Shown here: in pieces, positions 1-10,468 of the stretch
Layout of the letters: each line of letters begins with the position of its first letter
Numbering within the stretch: position 1 is the first letter of the stretch
Origin: Phoronis australis
Lineage: Eukaryota; Animalia; Phoronida
NCBI GenBank assembly: GCA_002633005.1
Contig: NMRA01000138.1
Span: forward strand, 817,986 to 881,985
Reading direction: 5' to 3'
Length of the DNA: 64,000 nt
The notes under the pieces: generated by a model
What the model was told of the DNA's origin: nothing
The model's database searches: none
Seen by the model: the letters and a program-made list of their open reading frames with translations, nothing else
Program-made: the position numbers and the translations under genes

Positions 1-660
1 TGGTCCCTCAAAAACGTCAACATAATTCAAAATCAATGCTCTAACCTTGGCAGCCTGCTCAGGGTTGAGCCCCTCTATTGCGTTCACGATCAATGATGCC
101 AAATGAGGAGGCACCACCCCTTCGCCACGCTCTGCCGGAACAGAATCTGAATTCACTAAGCCTACCGAAGGTATTTTCTCAGCACATACAACTCTCGGTA
201 TTACCACTCCACTAAAATGCACATTTCTATGGTGTAGAGGAAACTCTCGCCCCCGAACCGTCAAAATATCTTTGTTTGGAAAATTAGAAAGCGTACAACA
301 ATTACGCTTCATAAAATCCAAACCCAGAATAACTGGAAAATCAATCTCAGCAACAACCACTACCTGACTAAAATATAAACCTCCAATACTAAAACTAATT
401 TCTATCTCTCCATAATCTCTGATCAAGTTACCGCTAGCATCAAAAATATTTACGGAAATGGGGCGCAAATCTCGCGAACCCAAATCATTCAACTTTTGGT
501 CGAACACAGATCTAGAAATAATAGTCCGCGCCGACCCACCATCATACAATGCTTCAAACTCCCTGCGGTAAATATTTACGTTCACAAACAGACAACCTGC
601 AAATGAGTCAGCATAGTTCTCGACTGAACCCCCGGTCTCGGATTCAGTCGACACTAGTTT
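1..660 (-). CDS. pol: pol polyprotein N-terminal part (aspartic protease and linker), -1 frame relative to gag, truncated by the window edge
   Basis: Manual translation is open from 735 to 1: ...CLFVNVNIYRREFEALYDGGSARTIIS...VVVAEIDFPVILGLDFMKR...; protease N-terminal motif and ILGxDF motif present; codon starts are offset -1 from gag. Confidence 0.9.
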
Positions 661-663
661 GAC
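620..663 (-). promoter_or_regulatory. candidate -1 ribosomal frameshift signal (G_TCA_AAC, 5-nt spacer, 12-bp stem-loop)
   Basis: Minus strand reads G TCA AAC TAG TG TCGACTGAATCC gagaccgg GGGTTCAGTCGA; the stem has 11 Watson-Crick pairs and 1 G-U pair, directly after the gag stop. Confidence 0.7.
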
Positions 664-1742
664 GACTTCGCTGGCTGTTTGACTTGAGCCACCTGTTGCC
701 GTTGCACTCGACACTCTCGGCTTACGTGGCCGGTTTCACCACAAGAAAAACAAGTTAATTCCTTCTTACGCAAGCGCCCTAGCTCGGCACGCAAGTCTCT
801 GATCTCTTTCTCCATGCTATTAAATTGAGCACTTTGCCCTCCGGCCCCAATGGTCATGACGCGGTCCCCGTCAGAAGGTTTTCTCAACGTTTGAGAACCC
901 TCAAACGCCTCGAACTCCACCGCTAAAGCTATGGCGGAGTCCGCAGTAGTGGGATGGTTAAACTGAACGTGGCGTTTTAAAGACTGATCACCCAAGCCCG
1001 AGATAAACTGGTCAATAATTAATGTTTCCCTTGAAAAATTGTCAAGTTCGGGATACGCTTTTGCGGCCATTCGCCTTAGGGCGTACCCGAAATCTGCCGC
1101 GCTTTCGCCTCTGGCGCGTTTGCGCGTGCGGAACTCACACCTATAGGCAGGTGTCCGCTCAGGGGGATTGAACCTTTGTTCTAAAAGATTTCTGAGAGAA
1201 TGATAATCAACCAATTCATCCTCTGCGATCTCTGACAAGACTCTGAGTGCCGGTCCCTTCAGACACGTACACAGCTGAATCGCCATTTCGGCGGGAGTCC
1301 AATTGTTCCAACCCGAAACAATTTCAAATTGTTTAATAAAATCAACCCACTCGGTGGTTTTTGAATCAAACATAGGCGGATGTTTTTCTTTTCTTTTGAC
1401 AACATTGGGCAGAAGAGTATGTCCAGCTGCCGGACGTAATTCATCAACAGACATTCTCGGGCGGTCACTGGGCGTTAGAAAGGGGTTGTTCGGGGAATGA
1501 TTAATGTTCCCTGTCATTGTAGCATTTACGTTGCGGTGGTCAGGAGTGTTGGGGGTCGCAGGATCCTCGATGGGTGAGAGTACTGAAGTGTCGGAATTTA
1601 ATTGAGCAGATCTCCTGACAGGAGTTAAATACTGCGTAACCCTTTCCATGAAATTGGCCATTGCGTAAATCAAAACAAGACAACCAAGGACCACAAATAA
1701 CCAGAGGAAATAATCAGAGTAAGTTACCGCTCGAACAAACAT
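654..1742 (-). CDS. gag: retrotransposon Gag (capsid-like region plus one CCHC zinc knuckle)
   Basis: 362-aa ORF with a Gypsy gag-like core (PPMFDSKTTEWVDFIKQFE...LKGPAL...QFISGLGD) and CFSCGETGHVSREC; a second in-frame ATG at 1661 may be the true start. Confidence 0.92.
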   Translation of the reverse strand: MFVRAVTYSDYFLWLFVVLGCLVLIYAMANFMERVTQYLTPVRRSAQLNSDTSVLSPIEDPATPNTPDHRNVNATMTGNINHSPNNPFLTPSDRPRMSVDELRPAAGHTLLPNVVKRKEKHPPMFDSKTTEWVDFIKQFEIVSGWNNWTPAEMAIQLCTCLKGPALRVLSEIAEDELVDYHSLRNLLEQRFNPPERTPAYRCEFRTRKRARGESAADFGYALRRMAAKAYPELDNFSRETLIIDQFISGLGDQSLKRHVQFNHPTTADSAIALAVEFEAFEGSQTLRKPSDGDRVMTIGAGGQSAQFNSMEKEIRDLRAELGRLRKKELTCFSCGETGHVSRECRVQRQQVAQVKQPAKSSN

Positions 1743-2161
1743 GGACCAAATTACTAAAACTTCCTAGCTATTAAGTGCGTGATCGCCAAGAAAAATACTG
1801 GACTGAAAACGAGAACCGGAATCGTGCGGAATCTACCGACCAATGAATTACCGAACAAGCTACAGAAACTCAACGTACCCACGGAATACCCGAAAAAATG
1901 AAGGATATAACCCTAAAGAAAACAGCTGGTGTTAATTAAGAGGTAAGCACAAAGTAGAACGATAGAACGGCTTCCACGATCGATGGTGCCCGTAAATATC
2001 GGTGAGTGATAGGACCGTGGCCAGTCATAATCCGGCGTCTTGGTCGAGACAAGAAAAGGTTTCTGTTCCGTTCCTGATACTAGGATGCGAACATAAGATT
2101 AAAGACAGTAAAGTTCTGGTAGAATGTTAGTAGAAGAAGAAAAAGTTATCACCACAGGTTC

Positions 2162-2179
2162 ATCCGGGCCACGGCACCA
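2162..2179 (-). promoter_or_regulatory. primer binding site, tRNA-His type
   Basis: Minus strand TGGTGCCGTGGCCCGGAT, 2 nt from the LTR end; resembles the complement of the metazoan tRNA-His 3' end (TGGTGCCGTGACTCGGAT, recalled). Confidence 0.8.
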
Positions 2180-2181
2180 AA

Positions 2182-2835
2182 TGTAACGGGAATCGGTGGA
2201 GCGACCAGCACCGATCTATTTAGTTTCTAAAATGTCGACTGTTCGTAGCCGATAAAAATATTTGCAGCGTTGTGTACTTTTTCACTCGTTCGAATCGCAT
2301 ACGAGAGAACCATGGTGACAACTTATAGGGAGTGAAACAAGAGAGAAGTAGATAAATATACTGAATTTTATTATGCGATATATATGAAACACAGATCTAC
2401 AAACTTACAACTCATCGCTAACTTCAGTCGACGTCGCAGCTTTAACTTTTAGCCCAAAGAATTTATAGACAAGAAGAATTCGCTAAAAACGTCAAAGTCC
2501 AAATTTAAAAGGCCCAAAAAATTAGGTTGCTTGGTTGGGATTCCTTGCGGATAGATTCCAGACCCGGCAAAATCCGAAGTTTTAGCGTGAGGGGCCCATT
2601 TTTATAGGCGTATTCGCGCCGCGAATGTTCCAAATTACGCGGCTAAAATAGGGGTCTCAAGATAAATGTGAAAACCAATCAGAATAGAACTAAAAATTTC
2701 GTCATCGGAAGTTCCATATAAGGAATTGACCATCTTACACCCCTTTACAATATAATAACACACTCTAGCTTCTGAAACTAATCTGACGACTCGTCTTCAC
2801 TCACGGCTCCATCAATAGACGGCGCTCCCGTCACA
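2182..2835 (-). repeat. 5' LTR (654 bp)
   Basis: Minus strand starts TGTGACGGGA and ends TCCCGTTACA (9/10 terminal inverted match); TATAAAAA at 2606-2599 and AATAAA at 2372-2367 in the expected order; abuts the PBS. Confidence 0.88.
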
Positions 2836-3119
2836 GTTATAACTAACTGCCTAAAATGTAGTGTTTCAAGTCCAACTTTGAAAATCTAGTAGGTATCTAA
2901 GAAGATATCCCTTTTGGTTCCATTGCATTTTACCAGAAACAAATGAAACACTTGAAAAAATCCCAATTTGATAAAGCCAGGTAAAGTTTGATATTTCAAA
3001 TAAAAATATCTAAAACATGAAGCCAAACAGAACTACTTTCACATCAGATGAGCCCCAAAACGAGAAGCAAAATGAGAAGCAAAATGCAAATTATAATTAC
3101 AGCGGTAACCAATAAATAC

Positions 3120-4424
3120 TTGACATGCACAGATCAGCTTTGGGATATCTCTGCTTCATGCTGTATTGATTTTCAATTACGCTGAGTTCAGTTAACACCA
3201 AGGGATTGGCAATCTTGTAATCTTGTGTGGAGCTGAACACAGTTGCACACAATAAGACCAGCTTGGACGGAAGGTATTCAGGTCCCAAAGCCTTAGAGAC
3301 TAACCTAAACACTAACCCATTAAACCTCGAAGAAACACCTGAATTGCAATGTGGTCAATGCTCGCTTTCAAAATAGGAGAGGGGCTTCTTGAGAGGAATA
3401 TGTATAAATTATCATAAAGGCGAATAAGTTTCTACCTTTAAATGATCCAAAATATGGCAAGAGCTGCCTAAATACCATAACAGATAATTCGTGAAACCAA
3501 TTTTACAGCAGTACAACAGGGTTGACCAAGATACTTGAAAAGCAAGATTTTGACAGTCACTCATTTGACAAAAATGCAATTAGGTGGGTATCAATTTAAC
3601 AATCATTGAGGGACACCATGTTTAGCCAATTACAATCAGTAGCCAACTGAAATTAAATATTGCATCATCTGGCTCTCTCGCTCACTCATTATAACCATGT
3701 GTACTACATTAATGCAGATTACTAGGCATAAGGTTTGTAGTCAACCAGTTTGTCTTGCTATGTGCAGGTAACCCACACTGAGCTATACTTTACTTGAGGA
3801 TAACAGCTCGGCCTGTAGCTATATTTGCAGTGGTCCTAGGAGAATATATTCTCCAGGTTTAAAACTCATAAGATTTTAATGACTGGACAAAATTTCAATA
3901 AGATGCACATTCACATTTAAGAATCCCTTAAATAGATCAACTGTGAAGTATTCAAAACTAAATTCTGTAATCAAAATCACCTTGTTAGGGTGTGGTCACA
4001 CAAACCTCAGTCTCAGAATGCCTTACCGCATCTTAATGTCTAAATAAAACTGGACGGGTTGGAATTTGGAAATGGGCATCTTTGACAAAAACATTCTTTG
4101 AATTACAACACTATCTATCACGTTTTTACTTTGCTCCGCTGCAACACTATTTTTATCCCGTTTTTGAGATCCTGCTCAGAACTATTTTCATGTGACAGGC
4201 TCCTTTAATAGCCTAAGACCTTGAGACAATCTTCAGCACAATACAACTGACAACGCTTAATTGCATCAGAACACTTGAGCAGACCAATCCTCATTAATTG
4301 CTTTGACAGCATCATCTAGTATTACTGCAGTCAGTGTTCATGCACAGAACCAGTGTATACGGCTTACGACCATATGCTTTATGACAGACTATGAAGACTA
4401 GAACGTATTGAAGACAGTGCAGAA
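3120..4424 (-). CDS. candidate exons of an unidentified gene divergent from PPIP5K
   Basis: Four AG/GT-bounded, phase-compatible segments (4424-4368, 4171-4027, 3835-3794, 3304-3120) join into one open frame: LHCLQYVLVFIVCHKAYGRSQKRDKNSVAAEQSKNVIDSVVIQRMFLSKMPISKFQPVQFYLDIKMRTTANIATGRAVILKLVSKALGPEYLPSKLVLLCATVFSSTQDYKIANPLVLTELSVIENQYSMKQRYPKADLCMS. An upstream donor (AAG|GTAAGC) lies at 6531. Start codon and family not identified. Confidence 0.45.
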
Positions 4425-5049
4425 CTATGAATGATAATTACAAGAAGTCTCGTTTTGTCAGAAAACTAAAACTTGCGTAAGATACTAGCAAGATACTAAG
4501 CGTGAAGATCAACTATGAGTAGTAATGTCAACCAATAAGCCATGCTAACATCCAGCTATAATCCCCTAAACTCCAGAACCGAAACAGACATCAAACCCAT
4601 GACACAAATTCCCAGATCCACACCAACTTCACATGCGCATGCAAGATATTCCATATGTAATGACTATAAAATATCATTTCCAAGGACTACATTTCATGGC
4701 CGTAATAGAATCTATAGGCACGACTGTATTCTAGTGCCAGAGTTGGAATTTGGTCATCCTGTATAGAGCATTTTTGGTGCATGCATGAAGTTTAGGGCTA
4801 GTTGGTCCAGAACTGAAGTTTAGGGGGCTTTATCTGAAATTCAGAGGCGCATAAACACTGTTTTCATTAGTAACCTGACACTAAGTAATCAGTTGAACAT
4901 TAGCTTTTGTGGAAAAGTCAGCATTGCATGGTTTACATGACTTATGGATACTCTGTGATAGCACTTGTTTGAATCAAGTGGATACTCTGACTGTATTCTG
5001 TTTGAAGTGCTCAGAATCACAAATTTCACATCAAAAACATTACACAACA

Positions 5050-5370
5050 ACAACAGCAGTTGATCAGCTGTCATTATCTAACAATATGCTAATTAGCTAA
5101 TCTCGAGTTATGAGCATTTATTGGTCAAAACATAGTGGTAAAAGCAGGAAAACCAAACAGTCGTCAGATATTGCAGCTCGTTTTCCCATGGTTTATGGTT
5201 TAAGGAAGGGCAAGGCACTGCATTTGTGGTGGTTGTGACAACTTAGTATTTAACCATGCTGTGACTCTTTTCACTTTCTCGAGGAACATCGGAGAAGTGC
5301 AGATATGGCACAAGTTTGTATCAGAAACTTGTGTGTTGATGGACATGACACACTGGTGATGGGTATGTCC
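5050..5370. repeat. dispersed repeat, related copy at about 35340-35640
   Basis: Shared ordered blocks, e.g. gatcagctgtca, ttaygagcatttattgg, acaayttagtatttraccaygctgt, agaaactygygtgttgatggacatga. Confidence 0.7.
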
Positions 5371-8300
5371 GTGGAGAGCTAAGCAACTAAACTGAAGTTG
5401 CCTTTCTTCTATTTTCTTGTTTCTGAGATATTGAATTCATGATAAGCATTGTGATATGCAGTGCTATAAAGTGTTAATGATGATGACAATGTAGTCACTT
5501 GTCAAAACAACGTACAAGATGATTTTAAGCACTTTAAGGTCTGGGAACACTTAACTTCTGTCTTGAAACCAAGTTAATAGTGCAAGTTAACTTCGGAGTA
5601 GACTGAGGTAGATTTAACAGCGAAGCGTCACCACTTTGCTGCAATGGGAAAACTTAACTTTGTTGCCATCAGAGCTACCAGCAGGGGTCAATGTCTGTGT
5701 TTTCCAAAAGCAGGCAGTGACTGGTTAGTATTTGCTAATATTTTGTTTTAATATTTAATTGGCAGCCATATGAGTATACACATTCTGTTTCAATTTATCC
5801 ATGTTGGGTTCCTTACATTAAAAAAATCACTGAATGCAAGGTGTATGCAAAATGAGTTACTGCCATACCGCCTTTGTTTAGATCAGCTGTCAATTTTTTA
5901 ATAGCTCATTGTTTTGGTACATCGTCATGGTCACAATATGGACACCATCATCTGACTTGCGAAGTTGGCGTTCTGATTTCCATATGAGGAAAGGGATAGG
6001 GCCTTGCCATTTTTATGACAACAACAAGAACACCGTGCATGTATCCTGAAGATTCTATTAGTGGTGCCTTGTAATAACTTTGCTGAGCTAGTTTTCTGAC
6101 TAACTCTGAAGCTGATGGGAATACTAACGCTTAACTTCGCATTTATCCACAGTTAACATTGAAACTTTGATAGTACCAGAGTTAACTATATGAGAAAGGA
6201 CCTTTGGAATCTTGCTTCGTAGGAGGAGCATTCGAAACAAATAATGTCTAACTGCAATTGCATAAATTAACCAAATTTAGGGTGTAATGACCTGAAAATG
6301 GATTTCACTGTCCACATAAACATGGACGCAAACATCAAATGATCTACAAGTAGTGCCCGTATGAAGTTACGTAAGCAACAATGGCGGCCATTATTTGAAT
6401 AAATTATGTAAATTTTTTGTGCAACAACCTACAAACTGATCTTCGTTAAATTAACCGATCAAATTTTCCATTATATTTAGTTGGAAATATCACGGGTTGT
6501 TGTACATTCTTTACTGAAATAAAGGCTTACCTTTACAGAACTGTTCTGTAACTAAATCTCGTCACTGCAAGCAATATTTATGTTTTGACTGGTCTTTAAA
6601 AACACAACAAGTAAACCATCGGAGAACCTAAATACCGGACACCATGTTTCCGCATATGCCATATTGCGGTAAACAGACTAACCACGTAATGGCTGCAGGC
6701 ACATTGTCGCCAAATTGCAGCTCGTGTGCTTTAATATATTTGCTGCTAGAACATAGCTGTGTTTGCATCAAAATTTATCCATGAAATATAATCTGATGAC
6801 AACACTGTTTTTATTTTGATTAATCAGTAAAGACAATCAAAGCATGTGCACACTGTAGTTATCTCTCTACCTTCTTGATCTGACACAGGCATATGCGTGG
6901 CCAGGGTTTGACTAAGGTTAAAGATAAATGAAAAAATGAAAGGTGGAGGATTGCCAGTTCATTGAGATATGTTTTCATAGTAGAAAAAGATTTTAGTTGC
7001 AATTCTTATAACCGTTTTATGCGATCTTCCATTTTGGAACGCACCTTCTTTCGCAATGAAAACATAGAGAGGCAATGGTATAAAACAAGACAATGCCAGA
7101 CATTGAATGCAAGTAATGTAATGTCATTACGGCAGAACGGAAATTGACGTTATTTATTTCTCAGGCAAGATTTTATGATAAAAGTCAGATTAGGTGAGTA
7201 CTTGATTTAAAATTGACTTGAGAACCAGTTACTACAACTTACTCTCAAATCAGGGACTTTGTATTTCACTATTAGCAATTTTGTAAAACATGCGATATTT
7301 AAGTCCGTACTCAATGAAAAGCAAGTTTTTAATGACATCAATCTCCTGTCTGAGCTTATTTAGCCAGTTTTTCACTCACACTGATGCAAAGCCGATTTTT
7401 TATAAATCATAGTCTTGCAGATCTGCAGTCGTACCAAGCAAGGCTATTTGTCAGCTGGTATGAAGTCATATCATCTGGCGTGCGCAGTGTAAAAATGGCC
7501 AGTTACTCAGTTACCGATTTTGGGAACTGAACGAGGGAGTGCTTGAAGAAAAGGTTTGATAATGGGAGTATCATGGGCGGCGCATACTAGGGGGCTGGCT
7601 GGTTATAGCCCCCACTTTTTTCAGTGCTGTGCCACCCATGGTCTATATGCGATGCACCACAGGGGGGCTGGGGGGCTTTAGCCCCACCACTTTTTTTCAA
7701 GTCTGTGCTAATGAGTATTAGTTCGAGTTGGAAGGAATTAAAGCCATCAACGGGTCCCTCTATGCACAAAAGGTATTTATAACAGCGTGACTTAGATGTT
7801 TTAGTCAGTTTGAGGCCGAAAAACTTCCGGCGTATGAAGCTCCTCATATAGGAGCTACACCGTCTCTACTGAGCCAGCAGCTAGTAGAGTAGAGACGGTG
7901 GTACACCGTCACCGTAGAGTGACACTGTCTTTTTTGCAAGTCCAAGACTCTATAGCTATGCAGAAGTCAAAAAGGTTCTACCTTTGCATATTTTGGCAGT
8001 TTTCCAGGATACAAACATGAAGTAGCGGATTAAAATCTTCTCAAATACTCACCCATTTTACCAAACTGATGTTGCAAGTCGGAATATGGAACACCAACAA
8101 TCGGCAATCAACTGATCAATATTCGCTCTCCAAATAAAAACCACACTAAATGGGGTAGCTCGATTATATCAACGTAACGTTAATATTTTGGCATGACGAA
8201 AATAGAAATTTGAAATATCCGGAATAATGCAATGGAAAAATAAGAAAAAATAATTTTTGGCGGATTTTATTTCCAGATATCGTAATTTTATATTGACAAT

Positions 8301-10468
8301 TTCCTACAATATCTTGATAGAACTCATTTTTATCAGAAAAAATATCAGTAGAATGACTTCATTTGTTTCGTTTTAGGGGCTGGCAGAAGCTGAGGATGTT
8401 TGGTTTGCGTTTCATAATTCTGGGTCTCTTTTCGTCATGATTTCTACGATTTCTAAACAGAGATGTCACTGCTGAGTCAACGAATTAAGCTACAGGTAAT
8501 TATCTTGCGAAGCACCATCGAACTTTGCAGTATCTCAGCAGGGGTCGACTAACGAACTACAATTAAACCACCCACCAGTCCCACATCATTTTGTTGTGAA
8601 ATTTGAACTGAATTATTTCCGCGCATTAATACGTCATTCGGCGAGTAGGGCAACATTTCACGGATTTTAATCGACATGATGTTTTTCAAATGTCGAGTTT
8701 AGTTGCAATTTCGTCTGCGAACAAATGGAGTGAGTTTGCCCTTGGGTCTTCAATAACTTTGATTACAGTCATAGAGCAGGTCAATCCTGGAATAGTCGTG
8801 GATACCTTTTCAGCGAGTATTTTGTCCTTTTTCACGTCGCACTCTTAGCTAATCAAATCCACATGTTGGTTAGAGATCTCTGATTCAACTTTCATGTCGG
8901 CAGCTAGCCTTGCGCTCCAGAGTCTTTCACTGAATGTGAACTGAAATTTGTGGGTATTTGATGCTGCAGGTAAGAGCATATTCTAAGCATTTCCTCGATG
9001 ACCTAAAAGTCAATTTTTGAGGGCGTAAAAATGGCGGTTAAATTTTACGACCTGGAATTTATGAATGTGAGCTGGATTTTGAAAATACGACCTGGGATTT
9101 GGCTAGGTCGCAAAAGGTGACCTGATGATTCTCATTGCGTTGAGCCCTAATTCAGGTGCTTGGCTAGGTCAGTCACCGGCGTCCTGAGCTTGTGATTGTC
9201 CCCAATACACTTTACTAATTTATGGCACTTGGGACTGGGAATTAACACAAGTAGCAATAAATTCACACAAAACAGGGATTCAACAAACCATGATCACATT
9301 TATAGCAGGCAGTTGCAATCAAAACATAAAAATCTTCCCAAAAAGCCGACGTGTCGCAACTATTGCAGACAGGTCACGTGAGTCGGTTCAAGATCAAGTA
9401 TGGAATTACCAGATGAGAAACCTTCCGTGATGAATTGGCAATGGCTGTTATCCATTTGTAAGTTAAGTAAACTGATATAAAATCGCACTTAAAACAATAT
9501 TGTCTTGGTCCTGGGAATCGAACCTGCAATCCTTGGCTGGAAACCAAGCACAACAAAGAGCAATTGAATTAATTAAGCACTCTATGCAATTTCCCAGAAG
9601 TATCTCTGTAGATTTTTCTGCATAGCTACCCCATATTGCGAAAAGGAAATTAGAAGAATTTTTTGGTTTGGGAGGTCAAATTCAGTGTTTGGGTAGTGAT
9701 AAAAGGTCTTACCAGTATTTGTCAATATATTTACCACAAGCTTGCAAGGCAAAATGCCCCTGATTTTGACGATTTTGCTTACAGACTTTGACACAAGGAG
9801 CAATATGAATGCTGATAATTATTGCTTGCTTGAAACATGTTTAAACCTTTTAACATCTTGTTTTTGCTTCAAGTTTCAAAAAATAGAAGCAAAAATATGC
9901 TTATGAGGATAAACTCTTACCGGCTTTCCTGTTAAATATATTTCCCTTCACTTTACCTTTGCAAATATAACCAGTCATCTTTTACTCACAAATTTTGACC
10001 AGATGCTGATGATACCAGCACCACAGTAGCGTACCTCACCCAGATACAGTCAGGCCAAGCGAATGTCAAATGTCCAGTTTGGCATGAAATGGACTCCAAA
10101 AGCAATCATTAATTTCAATAATATGAAAGCACTCCTTGAAAGGAATGTCCTGCAAATTTTCCATTGATTCATTGGCAACAGAAATCATTGTCAGTTATAA
10201 CACCATGGAAAATCTATGCCTGCATTTGTTTTGCATTCAGTTAATGGTCATAAAAGGACAAACTGCAGAATGAAAGTCCCTTTTTGTCTGTAAATCTTCA
10301 ATGGCCACATGTGATATGTAATTGAACGTTGTAGTTCACTTCTATTGTAGGCTTCCCGCTTGTGTGCACTTAGATGTTGTGTGTGTTAGTCAGTACCAGT
10401 CTACTAACTGAGTGTACCTAACTATGCTGTCACCATGCAGTTACCCTGACAACTATAACCTGTTCTTC

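Larger units (their letters stand above)
1..2835 (-). mobile_element. Ty3/Gypsy LTR retrotransposon, 5' part (LTR-PBS-gag-protease; continues beyond the window start)
   Basis: LTR with TG...CA ends, adjacent tRNA PBS, Gag with CCHC knuckle, then an aspartic protease and pre-RT linker (LNPEQAAKVRALILNYVDVF) with no stop to position 1; protease followed directly by an RT-type linker fits Gypsy order. Confidence 0.93.

Noticed and set aside
6531-6662. Minus-strand MAYAETWCPVFRF... as first coding exon of the unknown gene, or a selenocysteine/readthrough case
   Set aside because: All three frames have a stop before the donor and nothing supports recoding; treated as a possible 5' UTR exon.
9500-9545. 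tRNA genes at B-box-like motifs (also about 31640-31700 and 59175-59235)
   Set aside because: Only partial A/B boxes and no cloverleaf; more likely decayed tRNA-derived SINE heads.
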